Below are positions 12,021-29,838 of a DNA stretch of 64,000 nt, one piece after another (within the stretch, counting starts at the first letter, position 1; each line of letters starts with the position of its first letter). Made by a program: the position numbers and the translations under genes. Location: assembly GCA_037447605.1 (NCBI GenBank), contig CM074810.1, forward strand, positions 3,320,880 through 3,384,879. Reading direction: 5' to 3'. The stretch comes from Zygnema circumcarinatum SAG 698-1b. Taxonomy: Eukaryota; Plantae; Zygnematophyceae. The notes below the pieces were generated by a model that saw nothing but the letters and a program-made list of their open reading frames with translations, did not search any database and had not been told where the DNA came from.

Positions 12021-13645
12021 ATGGCGGAGCGGAACCGTGTGGTGGTGTGCGATAACGGCACAGGGGTGGGGCTCGCCGCCATGTACTCGTCCGCAGCGTG
12101 TCGCAGCAGGAGGTTCTATGCTACGGTGTATCTGTGTGCGGCTTCTCAGTTCAGTTTGCAGTTTTATGGTTCGTTTCCATGTCAGTTTGCGGAGCGATGA
12201 TGTTTTTTTTGGTATGCATAAGAGAGGGAGATCATAACTGAGAGTGTAAATCGTGCAGCATGAGATTATGAATTGTATTTTTGAACCCATTTTTCTTAGC
12301 GAATCTAGAGACATGTGGATTTTTTTGTTCTGCGCCTTGTGCCCCCTCCCCCCACCTCTTCCCCCCTTTCTGCTAACCCTAATTCTGAACCACATTGTGA
12401 TTGTGAGATTAACCTGCCAATGACAGTCTGCCAGCTGGCAACCTCTCACTGCTATTTCCACGTCCTCACATTATGTGCCGATCTTTTGGACTGCAGTTTG
12501 TGAAATGCGGATTTGCCGGCAGTAATTTTCCCGCAGCAGTGTTTCCATGCATGGTTGGGAGGCCCATGCTCCGTTACGAGGAGGGGCTGGCCAGCGATGC
12601 AATGCAGGTGAGAGCCCACATTGAACTTTAAATATAGAATTTTGAACTTTCATTACATCGCCGAGTTCGTGCTTCTTCTGCAATATATAGCGCATTTTCG
12701 TATGTAGGGTTTATTTATTTTCTTAGTGTCAATGAAATGGATGGAACCCTACAAAAAGTACATGCAAAGTTCATGTCGAATGAAGGTGATGGATTTTAGG
12801 GTTGAGATTTGTGTGCAGGATGTGATGGTGGGCGATGCATGCGCCGCCAACAGGCAGCAGTTGGAGGTGCGTTATCCCATCGACAACGGAGTCGTGAAGA
12901 ACTGGGAGGACATGAATCATGTGTGGGACTACACCTTTTACAATGCCCTGCAGGTGATCTCTCTCTTTCTCTCTCTCGCTCTCTCTCTCGCTCTCTCTCT
13001 CTCGCCCTCTCTCTCTCGCTCTCTCTCGCTCTCGCTCTCTTTCTCTCTCGCTCTCTCTCTCTCTCTCTCGCTCTCTCTCTCTCTCGCTCTCTCTCTCTCT
13101 CTCGCTCTCTTTCTCTCGCTCTCTCTCTCTCTCTCGCTCGCTCTCTCTCTGCTGTCTTTCCCATTCCTCTCTCCCCCATCTCTTTTTCTTCTCTCTTCAC
13201 ATCCTCCTCGCTCCTCGCTGTGCCTCTCTCTGCCTTTCATTTCCTTCCTCGCCCTTCTCTCTGCGCGTCTCTTTCTCTCCTGCGCTTGTTGCTTTCTCCC
13301 CCGCCTCTCTCCTTCCCTCTCTCCCTCTTTCTCCCACTTCACTCCTTTGATTTCTACTCGCACGTGCTGTTTTCCGCCCCCCCCCCCCCCCCCCTGTTTT
13401 CCCTTTGGAGTGGAGCAGATCAACCCGCCAGAGTGCAAAATTCTGCTGACGGACCCGCCCCTGAACCCCACCAAAAACAGAGAGAAAATGGTGAGAGCTC
13501 ATATCACTAGGGTTTAATTTTTTTTCTTTTGTAGAGGTTCTGAGGGTGAAGGCTTTAGAATAATTTAGATATCTGGGCTTTCAACTCACGCTTCGATTTT
13601 GAGGAACTCAGGAACTCCCTCCTTCCCCGCCTTCTCCGCTTCCCC

Positions 13646-13676
<31 letters not shown>

Positions 13677-15875
13677 CCTCTCTCCCTCTCGTTGGGTGCT
13701 CCTCTGCAGATGGAAGTGATGTTTGAAAAATACTCTTTTGAGGGCGCCTTCATTCAAATACAGGCCGTACTTTCACTTTATGCTCAAGGTGAGGTTTGAA
13801 GCATTGTAAGGTGTTAGCAGTTGACGAAAGAACTCCCTTTATATGCTCTCGCCACTTTTCTATGTGTGAATACCCATCTTTGAAGATATGCTCGTGCAAA
13901 AAAGATCACAGTTTCTATGCAAATGCTTAAGAATAACATGCAATAAGAACTGCACTGCATATCTGGGAAGGGTTTCTGAATTATTTTCTCCCTTCTTCTT
14001 GATTTTTTATCCCCTTTAAATAGGTCTCCTTACGGGACTCGTCGTTGATTCCGGTGACGGAGTCACACACGTGGTATTAACCCAACTATCCCACTCACTA
14101 TTCACCTTTTTGGGGCAACTTTTATCCCTTTTTTTTTCCCCTTTTTTTTTTAAATACGCTTATTCGAGTCATGAGTTTATTATGAACACGAGTTGATCGA
14201 GAAGTCGCCAATGAGGGTGTTCACACTATGTGAAAAATGGACCTTGGGATTGCAGGTGCCGGTTGTGGATGGTTTCTCCTTCCCCCACCTTACAAAGAGA
14301 ATGAACATTGCGGGTCGCCACATCACCTCCTATCTCATAGATCTGCTCTTACGCCGCGGGTCAGTTCAACAAACTGCACGGAATTCCGTTACAAAGAAAG
14401 CGTCAAATACAGTTATATATGGTTAAACTGTCATGTTAATCTTGTTCAAGGAATCAGGAGAGACCATAAATTCGACAACTTCACTTGAATTTCTCGTCAC
14501 TCTCACATGCTTTTTTAGTAACTTTTGAAGGGTTCGATACTGGTCACAAACGGTGATGTTGCTGTCTTGTAGAGTGCAAGTTCTGTTTGTCCAGTTGTAG
14601 GGTTGCAGATGCTGTTTTTCTGCATAGGCCCTTTAAAGGCAGACGCTGCTCTCTCCCTCCACGTGTGCAGGTGCTGCTGCCCTGTCTGAGAGCGAATCTT
14701 GCATTGCCACGTGGCACTGATGATGATGTAGGTACGCCTTCAACCGTTCGGCGGACTTTGAGACCGTCCGCGAAATGAAGGAGCAGCTCTGCTATGTCAG
14801 GTGAAGGGAAACTTCCCTCCTCGCACCTTCCTCGCACCTTCCTTGCACCTTCCCTACGCCTTCCTTGCACCTTCCCTACGCCTTCCTTGCACCTCCCTTG
14901 CAGCTTCCTGCAGCTTCCTTGCAGATTCCTTGCACCTTCTCTACGCCTTCCTTGCACCTCCCTTGCAGCTTCCTGCAGCTTCCTTGCAGATTCCTTGCAC
15001 CTTCTCTACGCCTTCCTTGCAGCTTCCTTGCATCTTCCTTGCAGTCCTTTTGCAGTTTCCTTGCAGCTTCCTTGCAGCTTTCTGCAGCTTCCTTCAGCCT
15101 CCTTTGTGCTTTCTTCCCACCTTCCTTGCACCTTCCTTGCACCTTCCTTGCACCTTCCCTACGCCTTCCTTGCAGCTTCCTGCAGCTTCTCTGCCCTTCT
15201 CGCAGATCCCTCCTTTAGAAGAAGAAAAGGAGCAACAAAATGCAAAAGATAAAAAAAAAGGATGAATTCTCAATACTTTGGTTGCACAACCCCTCATTTA
15301 AATGGACTACAGTGGGATCTATTTTCCTGCTGCGATTCGTTTAAATGCGGGGAATTTGAGTTTAGTTTCAGTGTTTGATAACGGAGAACGGGTGCATGGA
15401 ACGGGGCAGTGGCGATTATGGGAGGGAGATGCAGCTGGCGGAAGAAACCACAATTTTGGTCAAACAGTACACTGTAAGACCGAATTTAAAATTAGAACTG
15501 GAGAATCTGACGAGCATGTTCCATATAAACTTCCCAAAAACCATACTATCTCAAAAGACTTAGTCCTAAAGAAAAGAAAGAAAAAAAAATGGTAAGTGAA
15601 AAGAAATTGCAATTCGAAGTTCTATTACGAATACGAAAGCTTCAAAGCTCCAGGGTCAGGTTTTGTCGTCTTCGTCGTGCCTGTAGAATTCTAAATCTTT
15701 TCAAATATTAACCTCTACTACTTTTTATATTATTGCTTTCTATGTAAATCTTAAATATTTAAAATTTTCTCTCTCTCTCTGCAGTTACCGGACGGGCGGG
15801 TGATCAAAGTCGGAGCAGAGCGATTTCAGGCCCCAGAGGCCCTGTTCACACCTGTGAGAGATTCGAGCTTTTCTT

Positions 15876-15924
<49 letters not shown>

Positions 15925-17489
15925 GGAAACAGAAAACCCGAAGATGGAAGACCTTCAGTATTTGGAGAGTTAGGGGCTTTCTGGATTTTTTGGAATCCCA
16001 TTTGGTTCAGGAATTTTTGTGGAGTTTTGGAGCATTTGAGAAGTTATGCTTAGTTTTTGTTTGTGGGTTTCAGGAGCTCATTGATGTGGAGGGGTATGGA
16101 CTTGCTGACCTCATTTTTGGGGCCATACAAGATATGGATATTGACAACAGGATGACGGTACGTATGCACTTGAAGTACTCTCTCCCACTCTCTCTCTCTC
16201 TCCCCACCCTCTCTCTCTCCCTTCGCATCGTTCCCTTCGTCGTGTTCAACGTTCGGAAGGCACGGTTTATCGGATTTAGACAATCATAATACCCCTAAAG
16301 CTTGAATCTCCAACGTTTTAGAAGCTTATAGAGTGATGACACGTGTGAGGGTTATGAGAGCTGGAATGGCAGCTGTACCAGCACATAGTTCTAAGTGGTG
16401 GAACGACTATGTACCCGGGACTGCCCAGCAGGTGGGCCTCTCTCCCTCCTCTCCCTCCTCTCCCTCCTCTCCCTCCTCTCCCGCTACCTCGTCAATCTCT
16501 CCATATCCCCCCTTCTCCTCCCCCTCTCTCCTTCTCCACTATTTCTCCTCCAATTTCTTTGGTTTTTCGTCATTGAATAGCAGCTTCTTCTTCCCTCTCC
16601 CTACCCCATTCCCTTCCTACACTTCCACTTTCGGCCCCCACCGTCCATTGCTATCTTTCTGTCATAGCCGGTTTGTGGGATTTTAGGGTTTCTATAAACT
16701 TCTGCGTTTTCTGGGATGGTGGAGGCAGGCTGGAGAGGGAACTGAAGGAGCGGTATCTGCGCAAAGTACTGAAGGGGAACCGTGAAGGTTTGAAGGTGAG
16801 AGGGAGTGGGAGAGGGGGGAGTGGGGGAGGGGGGAAGGGGGAGGGAGAGGGGGAGGAAGAAGGGAGGAGGGAGCGGGGGAGGAGGAAGGGAGGAGGGGGC
16901 CTTAGGATTTTTCAATGGGCTTTATAAACCCAAAAGGGGGGAATTTGAGAAACCCAGAAACCAGAAACTGCAAACCCTAAATTGTAAGCATGCATACTTC
17001 GAAACATCGACCTGCTTGCCCACAGTGGGGGTATCCTCGTGGTTTCAGAAGCTGCGCCTGCGAATAGAGGACCCGCCGCGGAGGAAGCACATGGTGTACC
17101 TCGGAGCCGCCGTGCTGGCAGACATCATGAAGGTGGGCTTCTTGTTTTGGTTTTTACTTTCTTTGCTTTTGTGATTTTCACTTGATCGTTCACTGTGTAT
17201 GTTGGTCTCCACTGCACTGTGTTATCTATTGATTCACTCTCTCTGCCCGTCTCCCTCTGTCCCTTTCTCTCTCGACCTCGTCCTCTCCTTCTCCCTCTCC
17301 CTCTCCCTCTCCCTCTCCCTCTCCCTNNNNNNNNNNTCTCCCTCTCCCTCTCCCTCTCCCTCTCCCTCTCCCTCTCCCTCCCTCTCCGCGCTGTGTGTCT
17401 GTTTGCAGGACAAGTCGGACTTTTGGATAAGCCGGGCGGAATGGCAGGAGCTCGGTGTGCAGTCTTTGCGGAAATGTGGGCACGCGTAG
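12021..17489 (+). CDS. ARP2: Actin-related protein 2 (15 exons, 390 aa)
   Basis: Exons 12021-12065, 12497-12607, 12819-12953, 13419-13490, 13710-13788, 14024-14073, 14256-14359, 14732-14800, 15410-15473, 15785-15853, 16074-16157, 16373-16431, 16729-16795, 17049-17132, 17409-17489; 1173 nt, all GT-AG and in frame. Motifs [44 protein letters not shown], and ARP2-specific [15 protein letters not shown]. Confidence 0.97.
14812..15200. repeat. ~10-11-bp CCTTCCTTGCA / GCTTCCTTGCA minisatellite in ARP2 intron 8
   Basis: Tandem degenerate units are directly visible and account for several spurious ORFs. Confidence 0.9.
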
Positions 17490-18236
17490 ATGCAGTTTTC
17501 TTACTCTTCTCAAAGGAAGCATTGCTCCCTCGCACATACATACTTTCATACACAATATACATGTACATAGGCATGCGGTGATTCTTTCTGTATTGCTGTC
17601 ACTTGGGTCTTGGCTTCCATTGGAAAATGTACGAATTCACCGGCGCAATTGAATGCTGTATTCCGTAACGTTGCTATATTAACTCTATTTGTGTTCTTAC
17701 AAATGTTATTTCCTAAATCGTCCTGTGACATTCATTTCATTGTGATCTTGAATATGAGCACAGACCTGTAAGGAATGTACGCTGTACAGGACGGAAAGTG
17801 AACCCACAGTTCATTCTGTGCAGAGCCAAACACTTATCACGTCCTGTAATTCTATTCTCTGTACACTTGGTCTGTTCCCTAATACGGCGAACGGCCTTCA
17901 CCGCCGCACATGGAGCCTCCCTCTCCACGCAGTCCGGGGACTGGTCAAAGCACATTCCAAAAGCATTCCAATGGTTGCGAACCAGTGGTTGGTGTCTTAA
18001 GCCAACCATTGCCAATGGTCGCAATTATTGGATTCACCTAACCAGTGGTTGGCGACCCAACCAACCTTTGCCAATGGCAGCAACCATTGGAGTCACCCAA
18101 CCACTGGTTAGCCGACCAGCCAACTGTTGGTAATGGCTGGCCAGTGACTGCCAATCCATTCAATCAGGAGCCCAAAATCAGGAGTCAGGACAAGTCTCCT
18201 TTCCCTCCCTACCTCCCTCCCTCTGATCAGGCAGCC

Positions 18237-18998
18237 ATGCCGGCCCGGGGCCGGGCTCCCTTCTCCCCGGGGCTGCTGCTGCTGCTGCTGCTGCTAGCCG
18301 CCATGGCCATGGCGGCGCTGCTCGGGGCGCGCGGTGTGGCGGGCGTGCATGAGCGCACGCGTCGAGGCGGCGGCGCGGAGGGCGCGGTCCCCCACCGCGT
18401 GCGCCGCGGGGACAGCTGCGGAAGCCTCGCGGGGTCGTTCTGCGCGGGGGCCTCCTTCCGGCAGCTCAACGGGGAACCCTGCTCGCAGGAGGTCCTCAAG
18501 CCCGGGAGGATCATTCTGCTGCCCAGAAAGGGTGAGGGAGGGGGTGGGAAGGGGGAAGGGGAAGGGGGGNNNNNNNNNNAAGGGAGAAATCGGGGACGGG
18601 GGAGTGGAGGAGAGAGGGAGTGGGAGTGGGAGGAGGGGTTAGGGGAGAAAGTGGATTTGCTGGGGAGTAGTGGGAGTGGGGAGATGGGGAGGGAGGGGAG
18701 AAGGGGGTGAGGGAAGAGGGAGAGGCCCAAAAGTGGAAGTTGTGGAGAGGCTGCAATGGGAAGTGGGGGAGGAAGTCAATGGAGCTGTTCCTGAAAGAAG
18801 TGAGAGATTACTAATGGCTTAGCAGAGCTGGCGATGCCCTTACTGTAGGTGACAGCTAATGATGCATGATTTGTGACAGTAGGGACAAAGGCTGTGCGTG
18901 CATTAGCGGTATACATGCTCTCACGCAACCGTTATGGATGACGGAACTGTGCAGGCGCATGTGCCGGGAGGGGCTCCTCGAGGCACGAGGAGTTGTGA
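18237..18998 (+). CDS. Small signal-peptide LysM-domain protein with C-terminal HEEL (2 exons, 112 aa)
   Basis: Exon 1 18237-18531 has GCAGCC-ATG, a hydrophobic leader (LLLLLLLLAAMAMAALLG) and the LysM pattern HRVRRGDSCGSLA...LNGEPCSQEVLKPGRIILLP, then an AAAG|GTGAG donor. Exon 2 18955-18998 follows GTGCAG and gives GACAGRGSSRHEEL*. The exon 2 choice is inferred; an alternative acceptor near 18848 would give GDS*. Confidence 0.75.
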
Positions 18999-19519
18999 TG
19001 CGCTCGGCGCTAAGTTAAAGATGGCACTCTCTGAAACAAGTCGTGTACAGGGCTCTGACGGCTGGAAATGGAGGAGGTTCAAGGCTTGGCTGAAATCGAA
19101 GCATGGTTTACATTTGAGGATGATGAATTAGGTTTAGTTTTCATATTGGAGTAAAGTTGCGTTATAAGATAAATTAGGGTTACATTTAGGGTTGCATTGA
19201 TGTGGTTTAATCGGGGTCACACTTGAGGAGGGTTTGAGTTTAAGTTTCGGATTAGGGTTAAGGGGCTCTCCGTCTCGCCCACTTTTAATTTAATTGGTAT
19301 TTTTCGTATAGTTTATTTGCGGTAATCTGGGAAGTTGGAAACTCCATCTGCGAGTGGTTTCATTTTAATAGATTTCAAAGCATGGAATGAGTAAAAACTG
19401 CATTGATCTCTTGCAACATCACGAAGCTTGATGAATGATTTAAATGTGGGGCTTTTTGGGTTTTTTAGGCTGAACCCTAAAATGATAACCTTGGTAAGCT
19501 CCAATCCCTGTCCGACCAT

Positions 19520-19630
19520 AAACCCCTAAACCCCTAAAAACCATAAAACCCCTAAAACCCCTGAAACCCCTAAAACCCCTAAAACCCCTAAACCCCTAAA
19601 CCCCTAAACCCCTAAAACCCCTAAATCCCT
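19520..19630 (-). repeat. Interstitial telomere-like array of CCCCTAAA(A) units
   Basis: About 12 tandem aaacccct/aaaacccct units, i.e. T3-4AG4 on the minus strand. Confidence 0.85.
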
Positions 19631-20388
19631 ACAACAATGATCAAGTACCCCGAAAGTGCCGTAAAATGTTGTGCTTAAGCTACAAATGATCGTTTCTATG
19701 TCCGCCAGAACCAAGCTTGTTCCTTTTATCGTCGCCTTGTATACATATACTATATAAAAACCCTTTAATTAATACATTTCAAAAACTTCAATTGAATTTC
19801 CATTTTTAAACAAAACAACATTTCATGGTTCAAGTGCCTTTCAACCTCAGAGGCTGAATCTCCCGTTTACGATACCCATGACGATATCGCCATATCGCCG
19901 CCGTATCGGTCCAGACCGCCAAAACTTGCCGGCTGCCAGCCAGCCGCCACTGGCGCTCGCATCGTAAAACTTCCGCCGGCCAGCCGCCCTGCCGTCCACA
20001 TTTTCGTTCGCCGGCGGCATAGCGCCGGCACATTTTGTCTGTCAAAAACCGATACGTCGACAATATTGCGATATCCCAATCGACAAAGCTTGCCTCGCCG
20101 GCCCTCGCAAAAGGTCCATCCGTACGAGGCATTCTGGTCGGTCGGTCGGTCGGTCGGTCCTGATTGGCCGGCGGGACGCTGCGTGGTGTCGATAGCTTTT
20201 TTTGCGCTGCGGTGCTAGCGCTGAGAGGTGCGCGGACCGCCGTGCACATCCATGCTATCCATGCTGAGGCGGAGGGACCGGCGGAGTGGCAAGCGTTGGA
20301 TGGCAATGGTTGGTCCGACTTGTGGAGGGTTGGAATAAGTGTAAGTTGTAAAATGAGAATAAATACGAAACAAGACTGAATGACAGCG

Positions 20389-20506
20389 TGGTGCGATCAT
20401 ACCTAGGCTACTACGCCAGGTCCCATCAGAACTCCGAAGTTAAGCGCCTGTGGGCCGGAATAGTACTGGGATATGTGACCTCCCGGGAAGTCCCGGTGTC
20501 GCACCC
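20389..20506 (+). rRNA. 5S rRNA gene, solitary and divergent
   Basis: TGGTGCGATCATACC...CCCATCAGAACTCCGAAGTTAAGCG...GTAGTACT-like box...GTGACCTCCCGGGAAGTCC...GCACCC. The 5' and 3' ends pair (helix I), and a TTATTTTT Pol III terminator follows at 20511-20518. Only one copy is present in the window. Confidence 0.87.
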
Positions 20507-20926
20507 ACAGTTATTTTTGTTCTTGTTACTTTTTAGGGTTTTAGGATTTTTAGGGTTTTTAGGGTTATTCCGTGTTCAACTCAAGGAAGAAAGTCGCTCG
20601 TAGAATCCCCAATCCTCAGTGCTCCAAACTCGCTCGACCAAGTTTGCAACTTCGCCAACAAACTGGAAACCACTTTTTCATTTTTACTAAATAAAATCAA
20701 ATTGAATCGCACCCGAAAACTGCCCAAAACATTTCGAGTCCTTCCGTACATCCATCGTACGTTTCGTACGTTCAGGCAATTCCAAGGCTGTACGGCCGCC
20801 GTCGATCATCCGCCGTACACAGCCAATCCTTGCCGAGCTGCCACGTGAGCCCAGCTGCCACGTGTGCCCTAGCTTCCGCATACGCACGCAATCAGCACCG
20901 TTATTCGCACGTGCGAGCTGAGCACA

Positions 20927-22436
20927 ATGCCAGGTGGCGGCATCCCAGTGGTCAATCTGCTGACACAGTTCGGGGGGCTGCCAGCTGTCATCGCACTACT
21001 GGCCACGGTGCTGCTCTACCGCTTTTATTTTACGCGCCACGTGGCAGGTGCGGGCTTGGGGCTGCTGGGGATCTGACACGTGGTCTTTCCGGGGGCTGAG
21101 CTGGCAGGGCTGGGGGCTTCGGGGTTCAGGGTTTGGGCTCTGTCTGGGAGTTGAAGGGTTTTGGGGTAAGGGTTAGAGTCAGAGGTAGGGTTTTAGAGTT
21201 AGGGTTAGGGTTTAAGATTGGGAGTAGGGTAAGGGTTTAAATTTAAGGGTTAGGGTAAGGGTTTAGGTTTTAGGGTTAGGGTTAGGGTTTAAGAGTTTGG
21301 ATAAGGATTAGGGTTTAAGAGTTAGGATTAGGGTGAGAGTTTAAGTTTCAGGGTTAGGGTAAGGGTTTAGGTTTTAGGGTTAGGGTTAGGGTTTAAGAGT
21401 TCGGAAAAGGGTTAGGGTTTAAGAGTTAGGATTAGGGTGCGGGTTTAAATTGAAGGGTTAGGGTTTGGGTTAGGGTTAAAGAGTTTGGAGAAGGATTAGA
21501 GTTTCAGAGTTAGGATTAGGGTTAGGGTTTAAATTTAAGGGTTAGGGTTAGGATTTAGGGTTTAGGGTTAGGGTTGAAGAGTTCGGGTTTGGAGATTGTG
21601 AGGGAGGCTGTGTGGGAGAGGGCGCAAGGACGGTGTAAGTTATGACAAAACAGGGCCCTTAAATCCTGTAAATTCCGGGCTGTGGAACGTGCAACTAAGG
21701 GCATTGATTTCTTGAGTTGAGTTGCTGAACTTGATATTTGCATTTGTATATTTCATAACTTGTGAGAAACTTGCTCTCTTCAAAGGGAGGTGCTCGAAGA
21801 ACTTTGTGTTTAACAGAGACCAATTGCAATTGCAGCCGCCAAATCTTGCATAACTCGTTAAATCCTAAAAATCAGACGCTAGTTGGAACTAAAACCCAAA
21901 AATTATCAGTTTGGATCCCAAAAAGAAAGAAGGGGGAGGGGGGGGGGGGGGGGNNNNNNNNNNGGGGGAGATGAAAGAAAAGGTCTCTGAAGACACCTGT
22001 TGGTCTTAAACCCTGAACGCCTTTCAAACTCCCTAAACTCCCCAAAAAAACAGTAAAACCCTAAAACCCTACAACCCTCAAATCCATGAAAACCGTAGCA
22101 ATGATGTGAAAACGGTTGCAGGAGCAGCGAAGGCGGTGAAAGCGGCAGCTTCTGACGGAGCGGTGAAGGGGAAGGGGGAGGAGAAGGTGAGGTGGATGAA
22201 GGAGGGAGAAGGGGTGGGAGAGGGAGAGGGAGAGGGAGAAAAGGACATTGTGAAGGAATCGGGGAAGGGGCGTTGGGGGGGGAGGGGGGTGTGAGGGTGG
22301 GAGAGGAAAGGAGGGAGGGAGCGAGCCATGGTTGAGAGTGAGTGCTCTCCTTTCCTTTCGGGCGCAGATCTTTACATTGGAAGAGGTGGCGAAGCATGAC
22401 AAGGACGACGACTGTTGGATCATCATCAAGGGCAAG

Positions 22437-22477
<41 letters not shown>

Positions 22478-22714
22478 TCTCTCTCTCTCGCCCTCTCTCT
22501 CTCTCTCTCTCGCCCTCTCTTTCGCTCTCCCGCTCGCTCGCTCACTTTCTCATCCACTCATTCGCCCTCAACCTCTCCCTACCTCTCGTCTTCCCTCCAC
22601 TCTCTCTATCCCTCTCTTTCTCTCTCTCCCCCTCTCCTTCTCCCTCTCCTTTTCCCACTCGCCCTCTGTCGCTCCCTCTCTCTTTCTTTATCTCGCCCCA
22701 ACCCCTCCTCTCCC

Positions 22715-22745
<31 letters not shown>

Positions 22746-23462
22746 GCTCTCGCACTCGCACTCGCTGTTTCTCCTCTATGTAGCTCGCTGGCCATTGTCT
22801 GCAACCTCAAAACCTCCCAGCAATGTCTTTCGAGCAATCGAAAACATCCATTTCAGGAACTTCCAAATTTGGTTGCAAATTTTCCGTTGCTTTGCTGCCC
22901 CCCTTACTTCTCGATCCTTCATTACCTTCAATTCTAAATAGTCACACATGAAATCGACGGAGGATTGAAGGAGAGAGTGAGTGCAGGTCTATGACGTGTC
23001 CCAATATGTGATCGAACATCCCGGAGGGGACGCCATCTTGAACAACGCGGGAGGGGATTCGACGGAGGGCTTTTTGGGGTGAGCCGGCGAGCCATGCATG
23101 TGCATGCATGCATGCATTGAGGTTTGAATCTGTGCTTGCTTCGGCACTTCGAATGTGAACACCCTTTTCTTGTGATGGTGGTCTATGGTTAAAACCCTCG
23201 AACCCTAAAAAAAACCCAACAAAAATATGTTCTGAGAGTGACGTGAGCATGATGTTTACGTGACGTCTGCATGATGCAAACACATGTACAAGCATATGAA
23301 GGCTGTAACTTTTGATGTTGAAATTTTGTTCCTGGTTCATTGTGGCTGAGCCAACCCTAATCGGTTCCATCCCATGCATGCATGCATGCATGCAGGCCGC
23401 AACATCCCAACCGAGTCTTCGATGAGGTCGAGGCTTACTGCATCGGCAAGCTTGCACCTTGA
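20927..23462 (+). CDS. CB5LP: Cytochrome b5-like protein with N-terminal membrane anchor (5 exons, 137 aa)
   Basis: Exons 20927-21047, 22122-22186, 22368-22436, 22987-23078, 23396-23462; 414 nt in frame. N-terminal TM (LPAVIALLATVLLY), then FTLEEVAKH..DCWIII.GKVYDV..Y..EHPGG and PQHPNRVF with both haem-ligand His residues. Confidence 0.92.
21165..21590 (+). repeat. Degenerate TTAGGG/TTTAGGG array with ~104-bp higher-order period in CB5LP intron 1
   Basis: A block starting GGGTTAGGG.. recurs at 21247, 21351 and 21455. Confidence 0.88.
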
Positions 23463-23971
23463 ACTTCTCCTCCTTCCCTAACATTCCGCCCATACGAAAC
23501 CCTGAAATCCTCTCTAATTCGCGCTGTGTTTTTCTTTTTATATCTGGAAACGGAGTTACCTTTTTATAGTGAAGCTGAATTTGAAGTATTTTGGAGCCTT
23601 AGGAAGTGCGTTGATGATTGGGACAGTCAATTTTATGCTTTTTTACTGAGTGATTTCCTTTTCTGATTAGTTAGTGGACTGGTCATGATAGTCATAGGTA
23701 TTTTTTATTTATGTGTTGTACCCCTCTAAAAGCAAGCATAGAATCAGTAATTAGTATTTGAGCTCATGAACTTGCTAAGGCGATTGAAAGATAGAATGCA
23801 AAAAAGGGCTCCATGGAAGACATTTCTCTCCCATGTACAAAGCAAAAGGAAGCTTTCTTCCCCTTTCTCCCACTCTCTCCCTCCCTCTACCTCCCTCTCT
23901 ACCTCTCTCAACTGTACAACGAAAGCCCCTAACTGCTACCCGAGCGTGGGAGACTTGGAGGCGACTTTTTA

Positions 23972-29588
<5,617 letters not shown>

Positions 29589-29732
29589 CTGCAATGCAGT
29601 TGAACCCATCCAGCCCCAAAACCCAAAAATGAGTAATACTAAAAAAGATTGAAAAAATGGGTCCAAATGGGGTACAAATGCTCCTTCAGAATTTGTCCTT
29701 TTCCTTTGAGGCAGAGAGAGGCCGTACCCAAA

Positions 29733-29832
29733 NNNNNNNNNNNNNNNNNNNNNNNNNNNNNNNNNNNNNNNNNNNNNNNNNNNNNNNNNNNNNNNNNNNN
29801 NNNNNNNNNNNNNNNNNNNNNNNNNNNNNNNN
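29733..29832. other. 100-N assembly gap of unknown true size
   Basis: Run of N. It truncates both the TMEM104 5' end and the 3' end of the left GH16 copy. Several 10-N gaps occur elsewhere (e.g. 9887, 17327, 18570, 21954, 49205). Confidence 0.98.
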
Positions 29833-29838
29833 GCAATA

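Noticed and set aside
20389-20506. The 5S sequence as part of a Cassandra TRIM or a 5S-derived SINE
   Set aside because: It is full length with paired ends and an oligo-T terminator; no LTR pair, PBS/PPT or poly(A) tail with TSD was seen.
22328-22367. ATG at 22328 with a 30-nt intron as the cytochrome b5 start
   Set aside because: Out of frame with the haem domain; the upstream exons at 20927 and 22122 give a phase-correct N-terminal anchor.
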